This document shows positions 1-14,100 of a stretch of DNA of 64,000 nt, in pieces (position 1 is the first letter of the stretch; each line of letters opens with the position of its first letter). This DNA is from Takakia lepidozioides (Eukaryota > Plantae > Bryophyta), in assembly GCA_030704615.1 (NCBI GenBank), contig CM060733.1, forward strand, positions 37,820,001-37,884,000. Reading direction: 5' to 3'. A program made the translations under genes and the position numbers. The notes under the pieces are model-generated. The model saw only the letters and a program-made list of their open reading frames with translations. It ran no database searches and was not told the DNA's origin.

Positions 1-904
1 AAATGAGCACCTTTTTGGATGAAAACAATGTCTTTTTGGATGAAACATAATGATTACAGGGAAGAAATCAATTATTGTGTCATATCTGAGCCTCTAGATG
101 CAATCTTGACCGTTGAAAAATATCGAATCTGTCCTCTCGTACCCTAAGGGACCCCTTTTCCTGCTGTGCTCCAATGTATATATAAGGGAAATACCTAGGA
201 GCGAACGCTCACAAATCAGGCTCCTTAATTATAGTGAGAGGAGAAAATAACCTCTTTCATAGTAACCTTGCCACGAGGTGCTGAGCACAAGGCTCAAGGG
301 ACACCGCCCAATGAAAGTAGGAGAAGATCATGCAACACACAACAAGGTAGCAAGATTCAAACCCAAAATCTCATTGATGGCACCCAATGCTCATCCAAGT
401 GAGCTACCAATTGGTGGTCAAAGATTTCTATTGTCACTAGAACTAGGGCTACACTGTGAACAATGTTTCTCTGGATTGGAAATATATACTATGCAAAAAA
501 ACATTAGGAACAATGTAACAGTATAATTTAGGCATATGATCTGATGGTATTTTCGCCATATTTAGGCGACGTGGGCTCCTCTGGCAAGTCCCTTGTTAAA
601 TCTTCCCCATCTTGTCTTACCGTGGATTCACTATTATTAAATTCTTTAGAATGCGAGAGATTGTTAGCCAGTGATGAATAGCCTATAGGGGCCGACATTG
701 TTAAAAAAAAAAACAAAAAAACTTGTAGCCTTATTGGTAAAGTGATGGTAATAGAGGCAATGAGGTGGACGGTTTGATTTTTGATGGGTGGTAATGTCAC
801 CCTTAGCTTCTATGATTCGTGTCACTCCCCTATATTGTATTTAGTCATCTTAGTCCATTTCAATCCATTTCAAACTTAGCCAATTTTGGACTTAGTCAAA
901 TCTC

Positions 905-1050
905 GAGACTAAGTGTGGGTTACACCAAATGGAGTTACACTTCTCACCGTGTAGCCCTAAGTAGAGTTACACTCCGTACCGTGTAACCCCAATTGGAGTT
1001 TACTCCTTCTCTTCCATTGTTAGTACCCGTACTGAAGTTACACTCATTTC
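905..1050. repeat. Short degenerate tandem sub-repeats (GAGTTACACT / CCGTGTA core), probably internal to a transposon
   Basis: Cores gagttacact, gggttacacc, gaagttacact and accgtgta recur about 5 times within 150 bp. Confidence 0.45.
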
Positions 1051-1727
1051 AGTTCTACGTTATTATCAAGACTGGATGAGGAAGATTCAATATGCTGGAG
1101 ACCAGCCCACGCTCTTACATGATGGCACTAGCTTCAAACATTATTCCTATAATTCTCCATTTTATGCGTTGTTTTACTTTTTTGCAGTAACAATATCTTT
1201 GGATGTACTAACAATGTTGACATTCATTTCATTTTCAATATGAATTTGTTTGATTTTGTAGATATGTGATTATAACATATTAATAGATCTACATTTTTAA
1301 CTGTCCAAAATATAGACAAGAGTCAAAAAATTCAATCATAAGAGTTTTGACATTATTACCATTATTATATTTACATGTACTATAATAAATATTAGTAAAT
1401 TAAAACTTGCTTACCACGAAATTAAATTAATATTTGGAAGTGTTACAACATTTACATTGACTATGTGAGCAAACCAAAGAAAAAAGAAAGAAAGAAAGAC
1501 GGAAGGAAAGAAAGACATATTAGAGCAGGTTTGACAAGAAGGATTTTCATAATTCAGTTATTTTTTTCTGGGAAATTTGGGCAGCTTCAATTGATGATGT
1601 GGCCTCCGAAACGTGGCAGAGATTGGATGATATTCCTTTTATTTTATTTTTTAAATTTTTAAATTTTTGGGCAATCCGGGCAGCTTTCTTCAAATGACGG
1701 TGATGATGTGGCGACAATGACACTATG

Positions 1728-1757
1728 GCACCGGATTCCGCTGCACACTAAAACTAG
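1728..1757 (+). mobile_element. Putative Helitron 3' terminus (GC-rich hairpin + CTAG|T)
   Basis: gcaccgga-t-tccgctgc imperfect palindrome (1728-1744), 9-nt spacer, CTAG at 1754-1757, then T. This matches the canonical Helitron end. The upstream AT-rich region may be the element body; no 5' TC end identified. Confidence 0.5.
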
Positions 1758-2395
1758 TCTCCAACCATGGGTCGTCACTAGAATTAAGTTTTTCTTTTCC
1801 CTGTTTTTCCCCTCTTTCAGAAAGGAAACTGGGAACTATGGCTCACAATTCAGGGAGGGGGAAAAGAATGTTCATACAGAGAGCCATGAAGCATTCAGGA
1901 GACGCCATCACCAGACCAAAACCACACAACACTGGACAGGGTAGCAGGAATTGAGCCCCAGACCAGTGGGGTGACACAATTGCACTACTTATCCAACTTC
2001 CAAAAAGGATCAACTTTATAAAGCCCGGTTGTTGTTTTTCTTTTTTCTTTTGAAAGGGGGTGGGGAAAGGGGGCTAGTACCTACGGTGCCCCGGTCACTA
2101 ACTTTATTTGGGATATAAACGGTCGCTTTTTTAAATAATAATAAAATAAAAATATAAAAATAAAAATAGTGAGTCAGATATATTTTTAACAAATCTGAAG
2201 CACCAATTATAGACGGCAGGCAGGGAACAGCGAGAGAGTGAGTGAGTGTGCGAGGAAAGAAGCGCGATATTCTTGGCTCACTGTATTTGCAGAGAAAGAG
2301 GGAAGAGAGCGAAGATTGGAGTGTTTGCTTTGTTGTTGAGCTTGTTTCTAGTGCTGGATGGTTCGTGTGCTGCGTTAGAGGGAGAGAGGAAAGCC

Positions 2396-5300
2396 ATGGG
2401 TATCAATGGAGTCGACGGATTTGGGGACTACACTGCCAGTAATTTGGACAGGGAGGTGTACTGGCCGGAAGCCAAGCTGCGGATTTCCATCACAGGAGCG
2501 GGAGGTTTCATAGCCTCTCATATTGCGCGGCGCTTGAAGAGTGAAGGACATTATATCATTGCCTCGGATTGGAAAAAAAACGAGCACATGTCGGAGGATA
2601 TGTTTTGCGATGAGTTTCACTTGGTTGACCTCCGCGTGATGGAGAATTGTCTGTCTGTCACCAACGGCGTGGAACATGTTTTCAATCTGGCAGCCGATAT
2701 GGGAGGAATGGGATTCATTCAGTCAAACCATTCAGTGATCATGTACAATAACACCATGATAAGCTTCAACATGCTTGAAGCTGCCCGCATCAATGGTGTG
2801 AAAAGGTCAGTGAGGAAGCTGTTTATGAGAACTGTTTTTATCTTTATGCAAAAGACAGTTTTTTCATTGAATTATCCTCTCCGATTGATTCTGTTGCATT
2901 CATTTGACACAGTCCGTGCCAACTGATACATCTCAGTTGGCAAGGTCCATTTGTCCTTTTTTTCACAAAGCTCTCGTCTCTGTCCTTCAGTCTGGATCTG
3001 ATTTCATATTTAAAACCTCATGAGCCTCAGGTTATATCTGACGAGGTAGTCTTGTTTGAGTTGTAGCCATAATTGCAAGTCTGGTTTATGAGAGGGCCAA
3101 CATAGTGACATTGTCTTTTCTGTCTCACCTCACACATGATCAAATACCATTGTTTTACCGATGACAAAATTGAACATTTGGCTGTGGGACAGGTTCTTCT
3201 ATGCATCAAGTGCATGCATTTACCCTGAGTTCAAGCAGCTTGAGACCAACGTGAGCTTGAAAGAGTCGGATGCATGGCCTGCTGAGGTATGCCTTCTCTT
3301 TCCTCTCCATTATCTTTGTCATTTGGTCCTTTTCAGTCCTTTACTTATGTTGCTTGAAATTCTTACTGAATTTATTATGAAGATGCTGTATGTTAATCGA
3401 GACCTTCATAAAGGTATCAATTGTTCACAGTCCTTCTTTGTCATAAGGCACATGTTCATAATTTCGCAACAACCATTATCTTATCGGTATCCTTGTGAGA
3501 TTGATCCTTCTGAATGGTAGTTACGAATTCAAGGTACCTTTCACATGCTGAATTTCAATCCAACCAAACCAAAAATTCAAGCTTGTGCAATTGGGTATGA
3601 CTATGTACATACCTCCAGACGTATGTAAACCTTGCATGTAAAAGTCAAAGTCAGAGCACACCTAAGATGGATCACTCCTTTTGCATCCCAAAAGGAGGGA
3701 ATGGGAGGGTTGGGTGACAGTAAGGGGAGAGAGAAAGAGAGAATGCACACAGGCAAGGACGAGCCAGTGACAGGGAATCCAGTGGATCCTGTAGTCCCCA
3801 ATTTGGCCACAGTTGTATCACTGCCAGTCACACTGTAGAAAGGTATCTGTAGAGAGAGTTTGCCGTAGCCTTGTGGCCATTGACCCCGCGTCCAGTTTGA
3901 GTGGATCACAAAGGGACAGAAACTACCTTTGTCAGGGGCTGATGCCGGGAGTATGACTTACCTTGAAACAGACAATTGATCCGAGTTTTCCACATATCCT
4001 CTAGAAATCCCTTCACAGAAGCATCAATCTGCTGTTTGTGATTTGCCCAATAACTAGACCCCAGAAGGGCCTGGGCTTTTGGCTCAGCCTCGAGATTTTC
4101 AAAGTTGGTAAACAGAGGTACAGGAACAATTCCCTTGATGGATTTGAAGAGGGTGTCTCCGTTGAGAGTACCCAGGACAATCAATCAGAAAGTGTATATT
4201 TTAAGGTTGCCCACACAACAGGCATTTGCAATCCCCCTTTCCTCATCTGTTTGCTGTTCAAAGGTAGGCTTCCCTCCCTGAGTTTAAATTTCAGTCTAGT
4301 GCCGAGGGTGGGTAAACCCTTGAGGTCGTCCATGATGTCCTCACCCATGTCACAGACTGGAAACAATTCAGGGAAGTTTTCTGCCTAAGTTCATTTTCAT
4401 CAGACAATTTCCTGGCAACAGACATGGCTTTGGACACTACAGCCTCAAAGTCGGATTTATCCAGCAGGGTCAAGATTTGCGGACTTAGATTCAGGTCCTT
4501 GAAAATCTCTTCTACCCTCTTCCGCCGGGGATCCTGCTTCCAATATATAGAGTCGATATCATGTATAAGTCATATGTTGCAGTTGACCCCACCATCTGAC
4601 CTTGAATGCTTCTCGTCGGGAGCTTAAGGGAGGACCAGCCACATTAGCTGTTTTGGAGCATGCTGACATGCACTTCTTGAGCACCCCCACTTGAATGGAT
4701 TCTAGAGACTTAGCCTGGTTGGAGGTATCAATTCACACTGAAGATGCGTACTCCAATGTAGGCCTAATAACACAGCAAAGCATGGTGTTTTTGACTTCAG
4801 AGTTGATCCCTCTGCAGTGCAAAAATCTAGTAAGACCCAACCCTTTGGATAGAGAGAAACAGTGATCAGGCAATTCAAGAGTGGTGTTATTGGTTGCATC
4901 AACTGAATTGCACCATTATATGGTGGGTTGGCAGCCTCAAGATGCATACGGTCTGGAGAAGTTGGCAACGGAGGAGTTGTGCAAGCACTACACCAAGGAC
5001 TTCAAGATGGAGTGTCGCATTGGTCGCTTCCACAATATTTATGGCCCCTATGGTACCTGGAAGGGTAAGTACATTATGAGTCATGCATCTTATTATATGT
5101 AGTTTTCTCTTTGTCACAGTATAGATCAACCTCTTAAAAATATCTCCCACCCCTTGTAACGATATCATTGTATTACTGTGGTGAAAAGACTCCTCAGCTA
5201 AGCTCCTCTCTCTGTTCGTCAAATAATGTGTTTGTTGCGGTATGTTGTTCCTAAGCACAGGTGGGCGTGAGAAGGCACCAGCTGCTTTCTGTAGGAAGGC

Positions 5301-6510
5301 TCTGACAGCAGTGGACCAGTTTGAGATGTGGGGTGATGGCCTCCAGACCCGCTCCTTCACCTTTATCGACGAGTGTGTTGAGGGTGTTCTTCGGTATGTT
5401 TGAAATTCCATGCCATGGTTGGGAGTAATACCCATAACATCAAAGAGTCATTTTCTGTATTGTTATGATTTCAATAGGTAGAAATTAGCATCATTCTAAG
5501 GATCTAGTCCTTATTTTCAGCATTGAGGTGCTATGTCAGTGAGCATTTTGAACTGAGCTGGTACAGCTAGCATACTCCGGTAGTCCTGGAGGCTAGTGAT
5601 CAATGCACAGTACCAAAACTTGATGTGCTTCAGGGTTGCACGCAGCTTCAGTGTGGCCTCAGATACCTGTGCAGAGGGTGGCCATTATCTGCTCTGGAGG
5701 TCTGGACATCTGTACATAGGTTGGGGACGGCGACTGAAGAAAAGAAGGATGTCCATCAGCCTGTTGTGGCTGGGCAAGGAATTAGGCTGCGGGGTGTGAT
5801 TAGCCCAATCAGTTCAGTTCTGACCCTACTGCTCTGGGTAAAGAGAGTAAACTGTAATTTTTTGGTTTCTCTTACTGTGCAGGTTGACAAAGTCAGATTT
5901 CTGGGAGCCTGTAAACATAGGCAGCGATGAGATGGTCAGCATGAATGAGATGGCAGAGATTGTGCTTAGTTTTGAGAACAAGAAACTGCCTATCCACCAT
6001 ATTCCTGGGCCTGAGGGTGTGCGCGGTCGGAACTCGGACAACACTCTTATCAAGGAGAAGCTGGGATGGGCTCCATCAATGCGCTTGAAGGTATGATATC
6101 CAACCTTTCTATGTGGCAAGCTGCCAGATGAGAAATCAGTGTCAATTGACCTCGATGTGGTAACGGTGACATCAATTGTATGCTCCATGAAAAAGTCAAT
6201 TAATGACATCGATGGCGTGAACCGTTTTGCTTAAACTGTGAATTGTAATGAGACAACCCAAGTTGACTTCATTTAAGTACTCCAAACTCCAAACCACATT
6301 GTTAGAACTATTCATATGGCATGTATAACTTGCACTATCTTGTGGCTTCAGGATGGTCTGCAGATTACCTACTTCTGGATCAAGACACAGCTAGAGAAAG
6401 AGAAATTGCAGGGAGGTGATCTGGCTACCAAATATGCTTCATCCAAGGTAGTTGGCACCCAAGCTCCAGTGCAACTTGGCTCCCTCAGAGCTGCTGATGG
6501 TAAGGAATAA
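2396..6510 (+). CDS. GME: GDP-mannose 3',5'-epimerase (ascorbate / cell-wall sugar pathway), 6 coding exons: 2396-2805, 3193-3286, 4935-5064, 5261-5393, 5883-6090, 6352-6510
   Basis: Motifs ISITGAGGFIASHIARRL, VFNLAADMGGMGFIQSNHSVI, FFYASSACIYPE, DAYGLEK, GGREKAPAAFCRK, EGVRGRNSDN and C-terminal LGSLRAADGKE. All introns GT..AG and in phase. Confidence 0.96.
3858..4690 (-). mobile_element. 5'-truncated, decayed copy of the RTE-X-like LINE (3' end) in GME intron 2
   Basis: Homologous to 42465-42570 and to the C-terminal domain plus 3' tail (KFKLR.GSLPLNSKQ...FLEDMWKTRIN; ggggtcaatggccacaaggctacggcaaac). Confidence 0.85.
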
Positions 6511-7739
6511 ATATCTGATTATGCCCTGGAGTAGAAGCAGGCTAGTGTAGGGTCTGCAACATTTGCTACTGAGTTTGTTTGGGTAGAGTTTTGTTTATTA
6601 TGGAGAAAATAATCTCTTGAATACTGAAGATGAGAGCAAATGTTCTCAATTCTGACAATGTTCTCAACTTTCCATTTGATTGTTTGAGGATTGATAAACT
6701 GTTCATAGCCTGTAGAAGCATGTTCCACAAGGTAGTGCCTGCCTACCTTCCACAACTTCCTCCCAACACCTTATACAGCAAACAAAGTACATACGAGTAC
6801 ATAATGATCTTTGCAATCACAACTGCACCATGATAGTACTCCATTTTGGTGCATAGAGTAGCTTGTTCACCCCCCAGTTGGCAGGTGGAACTCATGAATT
6901 GTGTCAGCATAAGATCATAAGTGACAAGCACCCGTTCTTGACTGGTATGCAGGATTGTAAAGCCTAATCAATGATGTTACTTTATCAAGAATCAACCAAT
7001 CAGTACTGTTCCTACCGCTGCAAGTCTAGCTTTGGATCATCTACCATCCTAAAATTTTAACCCCTAAAGGACTAACCCCAATTTTTGGGTCCACCCCACA
7101 AAAATTGACCCTTCCCCACTAAATAATTTATATCCTGAGATTTCCTCAGGCCCTGTAAAACTGACCGTTGTAATAAGTTCCTACCTACCCCAGCTATGAC
7201 CACAAAAAGTCTGGTCCAAATCGAACCGGCGGATTGCAAGATTATAATGTTGAAAGTTGGGCCAAAAACAAACTTCCTATTTTCAATGGGGTACAAAACA
7301 CAGCTTTTCTTATCGAATTTCCCAGCTGTGAAATTTTTTGACATGACACAAACCATAATATTGTACACTGCCAGGTAACACACCTGCCCTGAAAATTTCA
7401 GCTTTTTCTGACATGTTCTCAAGTGGGCTGCTTTGTATGGCCAATTTGGGGGGTCAAATTTCCCAATTTCAAAGGGGCAAGCACAAAACTGTATTAGAAA
7501 ATTCGGTGAAAAGATCTGAACCGTTGAATTATCAATCGCTCCGGTTGTACCGTAGTGGGCAGATTTGTGTAAGCAAAAAACAACTTTCGCGCCAATCAGA
7601 ACTTCCCTTCATATGATTTTTTCCCCTGCCCATGACTTCTCAATGTGTACCTACCGTACTTACCTAGGTTATTAGGCAATAATTAATTCAAAATCAAGTG
7701 CCTAATTTTTTTTTATTTTTTGGACTGAACAGGGGCGGT

Positions 7740-9150
7740 GCCCTGACGGAACTTTATTAGAAGGGAAAAAAATTAAAACCCTTGATGCCCGAAGGCTGCC
7801 ATAAGGCTTAACTCACGAAGTTCGTGACGATCCGAAGAAACTCATATACTGCACGTACATGCGTGCAAAGACCAGTAGAGCACTTGTAGAGCTGCAGGAC
7901 CTCTAGAACGATTCTCTAATGAGGACTTTGTAACTAACCAACGGCCATGGAAAGAGGCCCTGCATATTACTAGGCCAGGATGGTTGGCCTATCTTAAAAG
8001 TTTTTTGAGAGCTCTGAAAGAGACCGAGGAGGCTGGGGTACTCCCCCCGTCTATCTGTAAATCAGCCTGGTCTTCGTCGATGCCTTGAGATGCTTCCAAT
8101 GTCCGATTTGTCGAACTAAGGGGAAGCGGAAGAGGAGGGATCTGTGTTGTTGCCATTGAGCGGGGATTTGTTTTGGCCAAACACAGGAGTCTGGGCTTGG
8201 GCCCGTACAATCGCAAATGATGCCGTTTCTTCCCCATGTGGCTCGGAGTGTGCTGATGAGGGCATGCTGGCGTTCAGGGGCCCTGGCGATGCCTGCACAC
8301 ACTTTTTTCCCAAGCCATTTAGCTGCTATGGTAAGATCGAAAAAAATCTTAGTAAGTGTAGCAGTAGCTGGAGTTCGTGCTTTCCAAGGTCCATGAGCAT
8401 CTGGCCTTCCCACAGGTGCCAGAGAGTGATCCCCTGAGCGCTTCAAAAACTGGACAGTCTATGGCAATGGAAAGATCTTTTTGAATTCAAACAGAGGCTG
8501 GGAAACTTCAGGCACAGATTCCAGCACATTATTGTATTTGGTAGAGCCTTCATTCAATCACCCTTTGGACCACGCCAGTGCTAGCCAGGTTTATGTTCGG
8601 TCGTTCAATCGCAAATTACAAACACTGCCACAATTTGCATTTACAAGTAGGAAAGGGATACAGAAGGTGTATGAACACTATCATGCATTTTGTAAGCAAA
8701 CTGTTGCCACTCAAAATGTTAGCTAGGATCACACACTGCAGCCCCAACGCTCCACTCAGTTCTGGAAGCGGAATTCTGTCTTGGACAGGGCAGATAACCC
8801 ACAGCAAAGGCAAAGGAGGAGAAGGGCCCTGCAGAGGGGACTATGCGTGCCAGTCAGGACTGGCTTCGCCTTGAGAATGAATTAGAAGCTGCAAGAGGTA
8901 GACGCCATACATGACGGCAATTATGGACCACAATACCAACCTTTGGATTGGACTGCATTTGACATCTACACAATGGCCAGAATTGATCAAAACTGCCGCA
9001 GTATCTCAAGTTGAGGCCGAAAAACCCAGTGTCCCTGGCTTTTCTTCCTAAGATCCTTGAGCAACCGAGCCAAAGACTACAGCCTAAGAGGCCTGCATTC
9101 TAAACGCAGAGAGCATTCGCAGGACACTCAGATATACATAAAGCAATGTG
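7740..9150 (-). mobile_element. Degenerate L1-type LINE 3' fragment (tentative)
   Basis: Fragmented minus-strand frames with Trp/Cys-rich character resembling the zf-RVT region. No intact ORF. Confidence 0.35.
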
Positions 9151-9248
9151 TCACTTCATCCCAGGGTTAGGAAACCGAAATTGATAGATTTGAAAGGAGG
9201 GTGGTGTAAAAATACACCATAAAACGGAAGCCAAGGAACCAAGCCACA

Positions 9249-9692
<444 letters not shown>

Positions 9693-11183
9693 TCAGACGC
9701 AAAACCAAGAGATGAACGACACAGCCAAGATCGACAAGACGGATCAAATTGCGAATGCCGAGCGAGAATGCGAGAGACAGACTAGAAGAAGAGCGACTAC
9801 TGCGATGCTCTCTCATGCAGGGCCCTTTGTAGAGGGCAGAGGCCGCCAGGACCCAGGAGGATCGGTTACTGAACCGGAGGCTCGACGAGGATCGAAGCTA
9901 GGATTCAGGCTCGGTGCGGCGGTCTGGCGATCCGGAGCGGCGGAAACGCGCTATGCCATTGGTTGTCGCTCGGTGGGAGAATGTGGGCCGCGAGATGGAA
10001 ATCTGACGGCCACAAGTGACGCTTGCGCTTTTGGCAACATTCGAATTTGAAGTTGGATTGCGCGCCCTTTCTGATTTGGATGGATGAATATTTCCTGGAT
10101 GAATAGAAATTCAGTTGCGTCTCACCTTCATGTTCAATTTCTGGGGGATAAATCTGTTTGTGTACGATATTTGGCGAGGTCATTGGTTCAAACCCAGTTG
10201 CCTCCTTGTCCTCAGTAGTAGTAATTTATACCAATCAATTTTACTACATTTCCTCCTTTCTTTTTGTTTTTTGTGCTGCGCAAAGGGTTTCTGGAGTGTG
10301 GTACTGATTCTAAAAATTCGCATATCCAATTAAATCAAGACATGTGTAGATAGGATATTCCATCCATAGTCATAGATGGTACATGTAAAGGGGATGGTGG
10401 TTCATCCAGTCAAGTTGGTGCATGTTTAATTAGGTCAAGAGATACATTGTTCAGTAATGGTGTCAATTTAGGGCTACCGGACTTTCTCTACAAAGTTGCC
10501 AGCAGCTCAGCAGCTCATAATATAGTGTTCACATGTACAAGTGTGAGCTCTATAAACCCACCAAAGAAACCAAACCTGCAAAATTAATGGGCCAGAACTG
10601 AAGTCTGCAATGAGACAAGGCACAAGTGCGATTGATCTACTTTGCATGTACACCCACAAACCTTGTCTCTAGTTCCAACAAATCATTGTTTACTTGCTTA
10701 CAAAGTTGCAGTTCTCAGGGACTCGCATTATATGATGGGCGGTTTCCCATTGCTTGGGCCATGGTCGCCCTTGGTGAACCCAAAGTTGTCAAACAAAGTC
10801 TGCACAATACCATGCATTCCTTAAATCAGCTCCAGGAAAAACCCTCTCTCCGTAAACTCTCCCAAAATAACGATCAAGACCAGGCAGAGGACAGGATAAA
10901 TCATACTATACAAGTTTCATCAATAAACCAGGAGGAACATTGGCTAGCACCACTGCAGCACCAAATGTTTTTAGATGACCTATGATGCATTCGATCTGTA
11001 GGGAGAGAGCAACACAAAACAGCAGGAGAATACCACCAGGTGCCCCAACTCGAAACCTAATAGCCTCACACAGCTTGGTCTTTGTTTAAACTCTCCCTCT
11101 TTCCAAATAGGGCACTGGGTCGGACACAATCCAATGGACACATCTTCATCCTCACCCCCTCTCTTTTCTCTTTCTCACTTGAC

Positions 11184-14100
11184 TCATCCTAGTTTGGGAA
11201 GAGTACTCACAGTGTTATCCTTAATCCCATAAGCGACACAATAGTGCTCCTGCAAGCAGACAACCCATCAAACTGCCAAGTCAAAACCCAACTCCATTAA
11301 ACAGTTGGCACAAGAGAAACAAATAAAAGTCAACGCTGGACCGTGTCCAGAACGTGGCTGAACCTGTTTTGTTCCACTTCTTAAAGGGGATCAACAATCA
11401 CTAAGGGAAAAAAATGCGACACTTTGAGGTGGTGCGCATTCATTTAAGATTCAAGGGGGAATAGTACTCCACAATTGGAAGAGGGTTTAAAACTCCCAGC
11501 CATACTCTGTAGTACAAGGAGTGCTGGATCGTATGGAAGGATAAAGTCTGCATTACCATTGTCAGGTAATTTGCATCCTCACACACACCTCAGAAACTTT
11601 GACAAGGAGTTAAAGGTGGAAAGTCTACCTGCATGATGTTCCACTCCTCGAATTCATCAAATATTTCGAGCCGCTCAATTCTGCAGATGAAGTCATGATT
11701 CTTAATATATTATTTGGATAGAGCTTAGGTGGGGTCTTAATAAAAGACAACTGAAAGCTGGACCGCTACGTATCACATTTCAGCTTTACCTTCTTTGGGT
11801 TCTGATTCTCTGAGTTAATCCAAGTCTCAGGTACCCATTTCTTTGCAAAGGAAAGAATGGTTGACAACAAAGACCATTTACTCTTGCGACAACTAGTGTA
11901 ACCTTAAGTTCTAAAAGGAGACTGACCTCCTCCGGTCGACTGAATCAATCTGTTGGTGATAGACAGCGTCCATATCTAATGCCATTGCTCTCTGTCCCAC
12001 ATCCATGGCAAGAATTCAACACCATGGGTAGCCAGACCACTTGTCAGCCTGGGTTCCTGGCTACTAGATGCTCCACAGTTACCATGTGCCGTGGTCATTC
12101 AAAGGATCTCTGCTCACTTTTGACGGTCAGCCTTATGGCGATGTAATGAATGAGAGAGGTTCATTTTCACACTCTCTTCAGGGGAATTGTGAGCTGTCAC
12201 TCCCAGGTTTCCCTTTTAAAGAACTAACAACAACATGAAGAGATGCAAAATTCAGCCACTTTGACCTTTGCTCTTGTTGGGGGTCCATATGGCCAAGAGC
12301 ACCTGTAGCCACACTAGAAAGGGCTGATTGACTTACCCTTTAAGCAATAATTCTGTTCAGGGGCCAGAGTCGACTCTGGAGACCATATTGCTTCAAAAGT
12401 TTGCAAGCTTTTTGCATTTACGGGAGGAGGCAAGAAAATGAGGAGGTCACAAAGAGTTTCAAGGTTAAAAAACCAACTTGCCAGCCTTGCTCGGTGAATC
12501 GGTTCTCCTTTGACTCAAGTGTTGGAGTGTCGTGAAGTCCCAATAGAGGGCAACCTCGGCTCTGGCCAAGCACCCCAAAGCAAAACACAGTTACTCCCAA
12601 CACTGCTGTGACGTAGGTCTACGACAGAACACCAAGGGGAACTGCCCTCAAAGCTCTTTTGGCACACCTACACCTATCGCCTCTCCAACGTCACCCCAAC
12701 TCCAGTTTCCCAGTCTCCCCAACTTCTCATTCCCCTGCACAGGTGCTACATTTTCATCATATGCATTCGAAGACCTCACTATTCTTCATAGAAAGCACAG
12801 GAATAATACACAATTAACTAGGAGACCAGCAATTAAAATTAAGAGCAAAAGCGTACCTCAAGATTCCGAAGCATTTGCTGCCCAAAAGCATCATCAGGAT
12901 GAATCTGCCAAGCCAAGACATGTATATAGGTTCAGGAAGCTTCCAACATAGATAGCCTTGTAATCCAGGAAGAGGTCTTGGCTTGAAACTTTGGCGAAGA
13001 GGGCACGAGCGGGGTTTTGTAACTTGCCTAAGAGTTGGCAGGGCACTCAGAATTGTAATGAAACTTAGTGAATCCTCCCCAACTGATGAAGGAGAAATCC
13101 ATTTGGCCTCACTTTAGTTACATGGAATTGGGTGTTCATGGGTGTTCGGGAGAAATAGGCGACCAATGCATTTGTGGTTGCATGGACAGCCAGAGAGAGA
13201 GAATACTCATAAGACGTTGTTTGCTATGCCATAGACCCCGCGCCCAGAGAGAGAGAGGGACAGAGAGACAGAGGGAGAGAGAGAACCTGCTCATAAATGA
13301 CAAAAACTGCTGATTCAAACTTGTCTGCAGCCCATTTGACCACAGCCTGGCTGAATTGTGGTTCTAAATATATCAGCACACACTCACCAATTATCAATGT
13401 TGGTAACCTGTGCACAAGCCACATAGATTGGAGTCAAACTTTCATCCCATGCACTGCCATCCATCACAAACATCAGCACCATTGTCTGTACATCTACCAA
13501 GGTCGGTGTTGGGATATGTGCGTAGGCCTAGTTATCTATACCTCTCTGGTGTTGCTATGGCAGGAAAGGTATGACCATCACCATTTGCCTGGTGGCTGAA
13601 GACTAATATCCAATTGTGGGACTGCCAGTTCACCTGCAGCTGGTCATCAGAGTCTCAAGGGCACGTTCTACAGCCAAGAGTAGATGACTGCATACTGTCC
13701 TCAGAGACACTCTCAACACAACCAAAGAATCCATATGTACCATTAGGACCATACTAAGCACAATGAAACAAGTCCTTACCCAGCATCCAATTTGGCCTTG
13801 GTGAAGGCCTTGTCCAAATCCTTGAGGTCTCGTAAGTCGGCTGGTAAGAGTGTGTAGTGCTCACTGAAAACTTCCCCTCTCTCTGCACCAGAGCCACCCA
13901 CCCTAGTAATCATTTACATGTTAGCTGTAGCTGCCTGGTATGGGACAACGCCCCTCAATTGTCAAACAAGCTCCAAACTCCAAAGGCAGTATCATATAGA
14001 GTACTGCAAGTAAAGCTGATTTTTTACTTCATGTTTGAGCAATTCTAGACTTCATCGACAACATGCAGGACATGAGTTACTTTTTGCCAGTCAATAGCAA

